Assembly: GCA_951804945.1 (NCBI GenBank)
Contig: OX638149.1
Location: 51,584,001-51,648,000, forward strand
Length of the DNA stretch: 64,000 nt
Reading direction: 5' to 3'
Origin: Podarcis cretensis
Taxonomy: Eukaryota
Shown: positions 1 to 12,611 of the stretch, piece by piece
Layout of the letters: each line of letters begins with the position of its first letter
Numbering within the stretch: the first letter of the stretch is position 1
Notes under the pieces: model-generated
Database searches by the model: none
Told to the model about the DNA's origin: nothing
The model's input: the letters and a program-made list of their open reading frames with translations, nothing else
Made by a program: the position numbers and the translations under genes

Positions 1-1062
1 ATGAAACATGCATTGCTGAGTTATCATTATTAAATATTCTTGTACCAACTTACTTTGCTTGATCTGCCTATAGTAACTAATTAAAACAGGAGTACTACAA
101 GGATATCTGTAGTAGATCCAAACTGCTTTTTGGTTTATCATTTGTGAAAAATCCTTCCAGGCACCATCCTGGTTTGCTTCTGCCTGTCATGTTGTCTTAT
201 TTATTTATAAAATAGTTGTATACCACTATATCAAAGCAGTTTACAGCAGTAAAAGCATAAAAAGTTAAAATATGTCTATGAAGATAGGGACACTGAGCTT
301 TCTATACTTGGTTTGCTGTGGTTTGTCTAGCTTACTGCATGTGAGCTGAATTTATTGATCTCTGTCAAAGAACAATTCATCAGTTTTTCTTTTTGCTTTG
401 CCAGGGTCGTAGTGTATACCCAAGGGCTTATGGGAACTGGGTCACTCCTCTTTTTAAAACCTATTGGTGCATCTTCCCCATCTAAATACTTCAATAACAT
501 GCAGTTGTATAGTTAATGCAGACAATTTGTTATTTCACTGAGTCAGTTGAACTGATGCACTATTTTCCTTTCGTTGCTGGAAATGATATTTTAAATTGTT
601 CTCCTTAAATAGAAAGTTGGAGCAAGTGCTGATGGGTTTTTTAAAAAGGCATTCTCTGGATGGTTACACCCCTTTCAGGTGGTCTTTAACTTCACTAATG
701 TGTGAATTCTGCATGGTGGTTGACTCTTCAGCATGAGTCAATTGAGATGACATGGGCAGCTGGAGGGGGTATCACTGTCTAGGAAGCATCTTCTGGCTGC
801 TAATGCCCAAGAGCTTTTAAGGTGCTTCTCTGTATAATAATGGCTTTGTTCCAGTAGGCCACTATAATATAGTTGTATGGAGAATGAAGGCTAACACTGA
901 CCCTAAACTCGTTTGGAAATGAGACACACAGATTTCAGTGGAATTGTTATTAAATAAGTGTGCATGGTATCTCAACCTTAGCTTCACTTCCATTTGTCTG
1001 CATTGCCAGCATCTCTGGAAACCAGAAGGGAAAAGAAAGCAAGTCTCATTTCATTTTAGTGA

Positions 1063-1236
<174 letters not shown>

Positions 1237-1418
1237 TTGCTTCCTCCCTTCCCCCTTAAGGTGTGCATCCCGCAAGCATTTTCTCCAGAGGTCACCAAAT
1301 CATTGGCCTCCAACTTGCGTCAAAAACCATGAAAACAATCTGGAACTTTCTGAGGACACTCTTATTGTAACCAATGCTTCCTTTTAAACATCTAGAATTA
1401 TGGTGATGATTTTTTTCT

Positions 1419-1424
1419 AATAAA
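1419..1424 (+). terminator. Candidate PACSIN3 poly(A) signal AATAAA (a second one lies at 2820-2825)
   Basis: AATAAA ~180 nt after the stop codon; site usage cannot be determined from sequence. Confidence 0.4.
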
Positions 1425-2303
1425 GGTATATAAAATTTTCTGAATCCTGTATGTTATAATGGAATAGAAGGTGGAAAACGCCCCATAAAGCGCAAAGCAC
1501 CCAAACTCCTTTCCTCTTCTGTGCAGCGATTCCAACAAGCCTATTGTCTGCCAGCTGAATAAGTAGCAGTTGCTCTAAAAACAAACATTAAAGGATAGTT
1601 AGAAGCCAACTGTGGAATGGCAACTCTCCGGCAGCTTATTCCTAGGCAAGAGTCAAACTAGCCATCTCAATTGCACCCCAACTACCTCTCTAGCAAATAT
1701 ATTACATAAGCTCCTATCCCAACTGCTGAATCTGTTGATAGTTTGCAGTATTGACATCATATGGAAGCAAGGTATTGAAAACTATGCTGTTAAGAAGTGC
1801 AACTAGGATCTGATATGACTTACAGGACAAACCATAGTATCCTTCAGTATAGTCACATTGATTAGATGGAAAGCACTCAAACAGGCATTATGTTTGTGGT
1901 AACAGATGTACATCAACTATACATGTGGGGCTCCTGTGCTACATCAGGATAGTTGTGAGAGAAGGTGCTAGTGGTGTTCAAATCCACCCAAGGAAGGTTT
2001 GCCCAGAATGAATGGCACAGCATTTCAACCTATAATAGACTGACTGCTAAGAACTGCCTTCGCCTCACTTCTTCACATGCCCCATGGAGCTATTTTTACA
2101 GAGCACCACTGTTAGGCAGTGGACCACTTTGGGTCAGGTCCTCAGCAATCTTGCAAAAAGTTGGAAAGATCACTTGCTGTAGTTGGTGTCTTTTATGTAG
2201 CAAACATGCTTTGCCTTGGGGTTGAAGTTTTGCAACAGGTGCAAGTCTGTTGAAATATGGAGTGCAGCTGTTGCAACAAGTAATCGCTCTCATTCCTGTG
2301 CTG

Positions 2304-2309
2304 TTTATT
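2304..2309 (-). terminator. Candidate poly(A) signal of the THAP9-like gene
   Basis: TTTATT on + strand = AATAAA on - strand, ~630 nt past the stop at 2937. Confidence 0.35.
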
Positions 2310-2624
2310 GACCTGGCCCAAGGCTTCAGCCACTTGGTGCTGGACTTTGCTTCTTGATAGCCAAAGGTCAAGAGTTATGTTCTAATCTGGGCTGCTGCCT
2401 CAGCTTTGCTTCTACAGACCAGAGTGGGGTTGGTAAGAAAAGTGCTGGGGGAGGGGGAAGTCCCAATTTGGGGGACTAGTTGGAAAAAAGGCGTATGGTT
2501 CTTAAAACTCCAGAGCTGGGACTGCACAACAAAGGAAGCCATGATAAGTCCATAAGCGAAGTTCCAATATCCACTCGGGGAAAAACTTTATAGAGACCAG
2601 CTTTGCCAATGTAAATAGGATACC

Positions 2625-2695
2625 AATATTCCTGCATTGCGGGGAGTTGGACTAGATGATCCTTGGGGTCCCTTCCAATTCTACGATTCTGTGAT
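2625..2695 (+). mobile_element. CR1-type 3' tail fragment (tail of tRNA-Lys/CR1 SINE family)
   Basis: ttcctgcattgcggggagttggactagatgatccttggggtcccttccaattctacgattctgtga matches the tail of the copy at 59251-59395. Confidence 0.65.
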
Positions 2696-2936
2696 CCCCA
2701 TGCTGTAAGCCCTGCAAAAATGCTTCTCAAAGGCACACACACGTCACTTTCATGTGAAAAGTTAGAATGACCTTCCTGCATGTCAGTTCCGTGTGGACCT
2801 CCCTGCCTGTGTCCGCTCCAATAAAAAAGCCAAGTGCAAAGCAGCCTCGTAGTTTTCTACCAGCTTGCAGCATATCATAAGCTACCGCTTCTCTTACAAG
2901 GCCATGTAAACATAAGCATTCAGCTTCCCACCACCA

Positions 2937-4881
2937 TCAAATAGGCATGTACCATTCCATAAGTCCACGCGTTTGCTGAGGCCAGTCCCTGCTGGGGCCA
3001 TTTGCATTCCCTGTCTGCTGCTTATCATTAGCCACTTTCAAAGAGCTGCTACATTCATGAGTCGGTGGCATGGACAACTGCCCTTGCGCTGCCTCAAGCC
3101 ACAGTTCCAAGAAGGTTCGCACAAGCTCCTGCAGCAGAGTGACGTAATGGTTGGAAACCACAGCATTGCTCTCAAAGAGGTGGTTGCCCAGGGATGAGAA
3201 AAGACTGGGCTCCTCACTCACATCTGCCAAGATGGCCAGCTGCCACGTCAAGAACCCGCGGTGGCTGGAGTCTCCAAGGAACAAGGAAGGCAGGCCAACA
3301 ACCTGCTTTGCTCGGCGGATCACCTTCCGTACGGACTCTGCCGGGAGGTACTTTCTTCCCTTGCTCTGCACAAACAGCAGGGCACTGCCCGCAGGCACAC
3401 CCTTACAAGGGCACAAGAGGGCAGCACAGCATTCGGCGCAGGAGAGGAGGGGCAGCAGCTTCCCCAAAACAACGCAGGAAATGCAGGCGATGGCGTCTTC
3501 CTCCAACTCGGCCAGAAAGGCTGGGGCTATGCCCTGTGTCTCTCGTGGAGACCCAGTGCCCTGAGACAAGTGCCAGATCTGCCCGCGAGCCAGAGGCCAG
3601 GAAGCCTGCAACTGGAGGTTAGTTCTTCTGCGTAAGGATATGTCAAGCAGGTTTGGTGGATCGAGGCCCAGACGAGAAAGAGCTCTGTTCAAGACAACCC
3701 TGTACGCCCGCTGGAAGGTCCATGCGGGGCCAACACCTTTGTGCCCACGGGCTTGCTGTATGGCTCCCCTACACCACTCCAGAGGGTCCAGACTCCACCA
3801 ACAGGACAGCAAAGAAGCGGTGGGCTCGTCTTCTGCCTGTAGATGGGTCTGCGCCAGCCACTGAAAGCTGCGCAGGTTCACCAGGAAGCCAATGAAGCCC
3901 CATCGATGCCTGCTCAGCCCTACCAGCTCCCCGGTGGCAGTGCGGAGTTTGCGAAGCAGGTTCTCGTACTCATTGCAGAGGTTGTTGAGGGCGCTGGCAC
4001 TAGCACGGGAGAGGGTTGCCTTGAAACCTTTCCCATAGATGCTGCAGCTGCTGCACGTGTCAAAAATGGCACTCAGCAGCCCAATAAAGTGGGCGGTGGC
4101 TTCATGACCACGAAATTGAGGCAGGTCGAGCCTCGCTGCAAAATGCAAGGCCTGAACCGTGCCCTCGCTGAACAACTGCGTGGCCCCATTTCCCCACACC
4201 TGCTGTTCCTGCGGGCTGATCGCTCCGGCTTGGCATGCCTTCTGGAGCACCACTTCTTCCTGCAGAGCCCCGAGATGCAGGAGGTAATCCCAGCAGACCG
4301 CCTTGCTGCTCACCTGGAGGCTGCCGGCGGCTTGCAGCAAGCGGTGGATCAGCGTCAACAAATGACTGGGATCGAAGTAGTATGCTATTTCCAGCGTAGG
4401 AGTAGCTGGATGGAAAAATGTGGACTTGACAAAGAGGCCGTCCACCACCACTCCCAGCCGCCTGGCTGTCTCGATATTGGGAGCTGTGGCATCAGACGTC
4501 ACAGAGACCACCTGCACACCAATGTCGTACAGTTTGAGGATACAGTGGCATAGGAGCTGGGCTTGTATGTCACCTCTAAGGGTGGCGAGGAGGAAGTAGC
4601 CAACAGGCACTATCCACTGGCCTTGGAATCCAACAGCCACAAGCAGGAGGGCTTCTCCGGCTGCCGAAACCTCATCCGCATCATATTTACCAGCACCAAA
4701 GTCCATCAAACCGTGCAAATGCCCGGTGGAAGGGTCATAGTGGCTTCTCCTTTCCAAAGGGATGGAGCCCATAAGGAGAGAGCACAACTTGAAGGTTTTC
4801 TCCCCTGCTTGAGATCTCTCTGCCAGAGCATCAAAGGCTTGTTGGCTGAATCCCGGCTCGTAATCCAGGTTTGAGAGCCAC
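2937..4881 (-). CDS. THAP9-like exon 6: P-element transposase core (RNase H-like, GTP-binding insertion, C-terminal CxxC)
   Basis: Acceptor cttcttccctcatag|G. Translates (T)[37 protein letters not shown]... into the 616-aa ORF, with motifs GLMDFG, VTSDAT, YYFDPSH, ATQLFSE, SLDPLE, LSCAEC, NHYVTLL. Confidence 0.93.
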
Positions 4882-7800
4882 CTATGAGGGAAGAAGTATG
4901 GGAAAGAAAGCTAATCAGCTCCATGTTTGGTTCAAACAAAAATCTTTCTTCTACTGCCAAACCTCGGAGCCTGAGGATAGTATGTTTCTTTGCCCTCGTG
5001 CTTATGAAAAATCAAAGCATGATGTTACTTTCATAAACTATTTTAGGCCATGCTTGTGCTAGAGGGCCTGAGAATAGTTCCACGTGGGAAGGCAGAGCCT
5101 GCATCAGTTCTGCTTTATATACTCTACTTCTCTTTGCAGTATTTGAAGAAGAAAAAATCTCCCATAAACCATCAGGTGAGCTTGAAAGTCTGTTTTCTTC
5201 CCAACACACCAAATCACCCATGTGGTTTCCTTTAGGCTAACAGTGCATTTGGCACAGTTTGTGTGGGTCACTCTTAGGTCCTTATGGGCTGCTAGTGCTA
5301 TCTAATTGTTGCCTTTCTGTAAAATCTACAAGCGGAATCACAATTGACTTTCCATAGTACAGGGCACTTTGTGCTTTCCCCACGTGTACATCCACCACCA
5401 CATTATGTCCACCGCTCTCTACACCACTATTTTATGAGTCCATTTTTTAACACCTATATTTTAATTATCACTGAAAGATGTTTCTGGCTCTTGAAATTAA
5501 AGAGGCACATCATTATAGCACGGTACTTTGATTTTGTTCCTTCCAAGTGCCGGTTGTGTGGTTCTGTGATACACGCGGCTTTGCTATGTCTGCTTTTCTT
5601 GATGTTTCCATAGTCCAAAGTTGTTTTCCCCATATCTGGGCTCTCACAGAATAGCAGAGTATGTTTTCTAGTGACACATCTGATTTTAGTGTTTTAACCA
5701 ATTTTTACCATTTTGCATTATATCTCTTGTACAGCGGTACCTTGGGTTACAGACGCTTCAGGCTACAGACCCCGCTAACCCAGAAATAGTACCTCAGGTT
5801 AAGAACTTTGCTTCAGGATGAGAACAGAAATCGCGCGGTGGCAGCGGGAGACCCCATTAGCTAAAGTGGTACCTCAGGTTAAGAACAGTTTCAGGTTAAG
5901 AACGGACCTCCAGAACGAATTAAGTTCTTAATCCAAGGTACCACTGTAAACCACATAGAGACTACTGTAGTTAAGTGGCACGTGCGTCTTATGATATTTT
6001 TTCTTTGGTGCCACTGAGTGTTTGGATGGATGGGAGAAGACCAACCAATTCAGACTATCTTTCTTAGGTTGCAATCCTATATGTACGTATGTGGGACAGA
6101 GAGAGAGAGAGCATACTTTTTTTGAGAGAGCAAGACATATTTCTGAGAAAACCTTTAGAGGCTTGCAGTGATGCTTATACCTCCAAAGTCTAGTTTTATC
6201 AACTAGCACAGCTGTTTCCTTTTCCTTGTGAATTGTCCATTCCTCTGCTTCCTCTTACTAATAAATCTGATCTTACTTTAACCTCCAATGGATGAAAAGC
6301 TTAACTTTTCTCTCTCACACACACACCACACACACACGGGGCACACTACATTCAAGTCTTTTTGTTCACCTTGGCTTTCCCCTGATCAGAGTTTTGGGCA
6401 TCATTTACCTCTCTCAAATTGCTTCCATACAACAATGTGATGCCAAGCCAGTGCAGAGGTTGTACTGTCATGCTGTACTAAACAAGGGACAGCCCAGGTT
6501 TAAATTCTGACTCACTCCTGAAGCTCCCTGGATGACCTTGGGTCAGTCACCATCTCTTAGCTTAACTTGCTTCACAGGGTTGTTGTGAGGATAAAATGGG
6601 GGTTGGACATAGAACCAAGTATGCTACCTTAGGTTCCTTGGAGGAATTTGGGATATAAACATAGGGCCCAATTCAACTAACCAGTCTCACTTGTGGAAGC
6701 CTGTGCAAGGACTTCCGCTAGTGCAATGAAGGTTTCTCCCTATCCTCCCACTGCATGCCCCCTGCACCTCTGATATCAGTTCTGAGGTGGTCAGGAGAAC
6801 CCCTAGAAGAGCAAGCCTGAGCTGACAGTGTGATCTGTTTAGGGCTACACTGAATTCCTCCCACAATAACCCATGTAAAGTGATCAATCAGTTGGCTAGT
6901 ACATTACTCAAATCTTTCAAGGTTCAGTTCCAGTAACCATGAAAGATTAACCATTTCCCCCCAGCATGCCTTCAAGGTCAGAGGTTTCTTGACCAATTGC
7001 ATTTGGTGAAGTAGCAGTGCAATCCTAGCCATGTCTACAGAAGTCAGTCCTATTGAATTCCATGGGGCTTACTCAGCATAAATGGTGTTGGGCGGCAGCC
7101 TAAGCTATTGTTTACAAAAGTCCATGCATCGATAGTCTTCATGGTGCCACAGGCATCCGTCTGTCCCTTGCAGGATGTCAAACTCATTTTTATCTCAGTC
7201 ATCCAGCCCTAAATCCTGGGTTACCAACAGTCATATCCTCATGGTTTGACAATTTCCTCCTTTTGCCCAATAGTGCATTTTTAATGAAAGCTTTTCCAGG
7301 GGATCTGCAAATGTCTCCTCTGAGGAACCTGATTTTCAGATTTGGCCTCTTCTTTTTGGAACAAAGGAATTTGCCCTACTTTCCTTGAGGGATTGTTGCA
7401 TTTCCCTGGAATTTGGTTTCCGGCAACCTGAGTGAAGGCATCCTTGATACAGGGCCTCTGAGGGTGGAATTCCCTTCCCCTCCAGATAACATCTACGGCA
7501 GCTCTTAGGAGTTTTTGCAGCTTGTGAAAAACCTTTTTTTCATCTGGACCTTTGGCTGAATTTCTCTCTCTCCTCTGCACCTCAAACTTCATATTTGCCC
7601 TTGTGGATTGTTTGATGTGGAATTTACTTGTGTAGCATGAGAACAGAGGAAGCTGCCTTATACCAAGTCAGACCACTGCTTCATCTAGCTCCACAGTGTC
7701 TGCTCTGGCTGGCAGAAACCCCTCAGGATTTGGGGCAGGAGCCTTTTCCCAGCTCAGGGACTGAACCAGGGACCTTCTGCTTGCAAGTCAGATCCTCTGC

Positions 7801-10800
7801 CATTGTGGTCCTTCAGAAGATGGCCCAAGAGGTGTCATCCATGTCTGAGCAGTCAGTGGCAAATCTTACAAAGAAAGCTTGCAGACTACGTTCAGGAGCT
7901 CCTCTAGGTCTGTACGCGAGGTGTCCCGACATAATGAAGTAATGTGTTTTCAGGCATTCCCCACCCCTCTTTCTTTTCTCCCATCTTAAAAGTGTCACAC
8001 TGGAAAAAGTAGTTTCTTCAGCAAGCTAGAATGCATATATAGTGCCTATGTCTGTGCACTGTTGCTTTGCAACGTTTGCCCCTAGTTAACACAAATAAGA
8101 TACAAATAAGAAAGACATACGTGCGAAGGGTGGTGGCCTCTGGGAGCTGGAATGTCTTCTTCACAAATTCATAGGCCTTGGCTGAGAACAAATGCAGCGA
8201 GACGGCAAAGTTGCGGGTGGCAGCTGGGTAGTTCTCGCACAGGGCTCCCTCACACTGCAAAGTGAGCTGCAGGTCTGCTGAAGTAAAGAGGGTTCCTCAA
8301 GCAAGGGATGGACAGTGAGGTGAAGCTAATTTGGGGTGATGCTGCAGAGGAAGAGTCTTTAACATTGGCCTCAGCAGTGACTCTGCTGCGTTCAGACTGG
8401 GGCCTAGAAGAAGATTCAACATCCTCTATTTTCATGGGGAGGGAAACTGAGTCCAAAACCCAGGAGGACTGGGTGACCAAGAAAGCAGAGAAGGGTGTAC
8501 TTAAAGTTATTAAGGGTTTGGGGAAGTGGGGGAGATTTGTAGCAATTGCATACCGAGCACAACTGGCCAGTCGGAAATGCTGAGGAGGTAATCAAGTGAG
8601 GTAGGGAGGCTGAAACAATGGCAATATATTCCACATCTGGCAACCAATGCGCTCCTTTGGTTTCAGATAGTACATGGGTAGATGAGTCTAAAAAGCCCAG
8701 GACACAATTTTTTCATGGCCTTCTAGCATGAAACTCTGGGAATGTCTTCTCGATACTGACCAAACTAAGCCTCCTAAAGCAAAATATACATCAGGAGGCA
8801 TAGTTTGGTCAGAATCAAGTATACACTTCCAGAGTTAACACTAAATACATTATTTATGGTACATGAGCCACTAAAGGGTTGTGAAAATTACCCCACTCAT
8901 CTTAACCAAGCCTTGAAGCTGGTTTGTATCATGGCTCCCTCCTTGGAACCTTGAATGATTCTGAAACTGCACTGGTCTTATTGTAAAGGCCCCCTGGCAT
9001 GAAGAAGAGCCCCTTTGGCAAGGCTTACGGTGCTTACCGCTGAACTGGGAGCGCAGCATGTGTTCCATGTCCTTCTGGAGGAGATGCTGCTCCCGCAGGC
9101 TCTCCAGCACACTCCACAGCTCCTGCTGATAATAGGAGAGGCGGCGCTGGGCTGCGTCCTGCTCCCGTTCAGTCCCCTGCACTGGGCCAGTGGGGATCAG
9201 AGACTTGGTTCTGCTGCCCATAGCTTCACTCAGACTATACTGATGCTCCGCTTGGATGAGTTCCACCTACAGGAAGACAAAGAAGACCCGTTGCTTCATC
9301 TTTTTAATTCTCTCACCATAACTTCCATGTCCTCCTGGCACCCGATGTTTGTCCATGTGGATTTTCCACAAAGGGCTGGATTTGCTTATTCCTGAAAACT
9401 AAACTGACTTCACCTTTCTCCTTTGCCTTGATTTTCCTTTTAGCCTCTCACCACAGCCAGAGTAAACCCTTCCCAGACTCCCTTCTCCCATCAGATTCAC
9501 AATAGTTAGTGGATGTGGCCACTCTCCCTCTTTAAAGCTAACTTAGGATACCGTGATGGAAGTCAGGTTCTGCAGTTTGCTCCAGGAGCAAAGAATGTAA
9601 AGTTCTACCTTTGTACAGTAGGCTGGTTTCTACTCACACTTACACACCTCCTCCATCCAGGCCCACAAGAAGCATTATTTGAGGTCAAGGATACATTCCA
9701 GCCAGGCACAGACACTCAAGGAGGATGCAATCTAACAACAATGAGGGATGTGGCCTTGGAAGAGTGGGTGTGGCCTGGGGAGTGTCCTGAGGGCCAGAGA
9801 GGGACCTGGAGGGCCACATTTCACCCATGGGCCTGAGGTTCCCCATCTCTGCTATAGGCTTTGTCCAAGTCCCTATGGTAATATAAGCTACATGCTACAG
9901 CATTTAGTGACACACAGTTTTGTAATTTTAGATTCTGGACTTAACGGTCTCCTGGTGGGGAGGAGGGGCTCTTCATATGGTAATGTGCATTACTTTTTTC
10001 AGAATTTGGAGCCAGCTCTGCTGTGTTTAGTGTTCTCCTGCTCATTTTCTGTGTGGGGCCCTTGACCTCTGCCCCAAAGTCCTTCCCAACAGTTGCATTG
10101 CTGGCATTGGAGAAGGCACCAGCTACCCTCGCTTGTATACGTACTGCTTTGGCTTGTGCAGGAGATGAGTCAGCTGCTGGAGTAGCTTCGCTGATACTAG
10201 CCACTGGCCAACTGATGCCCATGGTTTTGACAGACTTTGATGGATGTTTCCCTTTTGTTGGTTCCTGTATTGAGAAAGAGTTCAAATGAATTAGACATAG
10301 CAATTTTACCAAAAAAAGAAAAAGGCCTGGTTGAAACAGACTGGATAAGCTAATGCTGTAGTAGAAGGCAAAAGTGAACAAAAAATAATCCCCAACAACA
10401 TTGCCATGGTATTACTGGAACTAATTAAGCATACTTCAAACATTAGAGGCTGGATCCAGGTTATGCCTTAGTCCCACACAACTCACTCATGACTATCTTA
10501 AGTTTCATCAATTTAACTGGGTGAAAAGTTAACCACTCGGTTGCAATCCTAGATACACTTATCTCAAAGTCCCACTGAAGTCAGTGGGATTTACTTATGT
10601 GTAGACATGTGTAGATTGTGGCATTATGTTTGATCCAACATACTCTCTACGTTATTTACTCATTGTCAGGCAAACCCAGATTTATTTCAAATGAAGAAAA
10701 AAGGCATTTCTGAGACCAGAATACAGATGAGGGCTTACGTATTGGAATAGCCATCCACTGCAAACCTAATTCACTGCACAATAAAGGTAACATTGTCAGA

Positions 10801-12537
10801 GACAGTTGTTCTCTTAGCCTCCTCCGTGGTGTGCTGGTTTTCCAGTGAAGTGTCTGACTTCAAACACAGAATTCCTCACCTGTGCTCTGAAATAGTATAG
10901 TCTGAAGGTTAAGACACATCCCTTTTCCTCAACACCAGTTGTCAGGCATGGGAAGGGAATGAATTCTGGACTCTTGGAACAGAGACACGCAACTCAGTGC
11001 TGCCTACACTGATTTGACAACAACTCTCCATGGTTCCAGGCAGGAGTCTTTAGCCAGCATAGAATCATAGAATCATAGAGTTGGAAGAGACCACAAGGGC
11101 CATCGAGTCCAACCCCCTGCCAAGCAGGAAACACCATCAGAGCACTCCTGACATATGGTTGTCAAGCCTCTGCTTAAAGACCTCCAAAGAAGGAGACTCC
11201 ACCACACTCCTTGGCAGAAAATTCCACTGTCGAACAGCTCTTACTGTCAGGAAGTTCTTCCTAATGTTTAGGTGGAATCTTCTTTCTTGTAGTTTGGATC
11301 CATTGCTCCATGTCCGCTTCTCTGGAGCAGCAGAAAACAACCTTTCTCCCTCCTCTATGTAACATCCTTTTATATATTTGAACATGGCTATCATATCACC
11401 CCTTAACCTCCTCTTCTCCACGCTAAACATGCCCAGCTCTCTTAGCCGTTCCTCATAAGGCATCGTTTCCAGGCCTTTGACCATTTTGGTTGCCCTCCTC
11501 TGGACACGTTCCAGTTTGTCAGTGTCCTTCTTGAACTGTGGTGCCCAGAACTGGACACAGTACTCCAGGTGAGGTCTGACCAGAGCAGAATACAGTGGCA
11601 CTATTACTTCCCTTGATCTAGATGCTATACTCCTATTGATGCAGCCCAGAATTGCATTGGCTTTTTTAGCTGCCGCGTCACACTGTTGGCTCATGTCAAG
11701 TTTGTGGTCAACCAAGACTCCTAGATCCTTTTCACATGTACTGCTCTCAAGCACTACCTCGAGATGCCAGACATTGCACCAGGGACCTTCTATATGCAAT
11801 GCAAATATTCTGCCCTTGCATCACCTTGCTTTCCCATTATCATCAGTGGGATATGGAAGGAAAACTGGTTTTGGAAGTAAAGCTTTGCAGTCTTTTCAGA
11901 CAGAGGCCTAATCTCAAGCATGCCAGTTCTTCAGGTGCAGATTATTGTGAACTGTTAGTCGTATATATCAAACTTCCTAAAACATTTCCGATGCTGTTGG
12001 GCTACAGGGTACACTAGAAAGGACTATAAAAATCTATGCACAATGACAGCTACAGAAAATACACCAAAGACAAAAGAAAAAGAAGAAAATTGCACAGATG
12101 AATATGATTCTTAATAAAATGCTTCTTAATAAAAACTGCTTGGAACATTCCCCCACCCAACTGCAGCACACCTAAGCATATTCCCCCCGCCCCCACTTTG
12201 ACGTAGCGGGAACCATATCCATCTCTGCAGCTGTCCCTTTTTTTGTTTTAGGACTATGGAAATCCTCTGCTGAGCCCACAAGCCGGTGGCAGAACAGGAA
12301 AAGTGCTGGGAGACCTTGACCTTGATCAAAAGCTGCAATGCTAAATGCACTTACACAAAGAGGGGTACAACCAATAGGCTACAATGACACTTAACCTCTG
12401 ACTAAATATGGATAGGACTGTTGGAAATGTTTGATAACAAAGTGTATAAGAAAGAAGGGAAACTCTGCAATGTGTCTTCCTCTGGGAGAGTTATCAGCTG
12501 AAGTGTGGGATACAAATTTTCAAAATAAGATAAATCT

Positions 12538-12611
<74 letters not shown>

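Noticed and set aside
2973-4874. Several + strand ORFs up to 236 aa (e.g. 3843-4553)
   Set aside because: Antisense shadows of the GC-rich THAP9-like exon 6; no recognisable domain.
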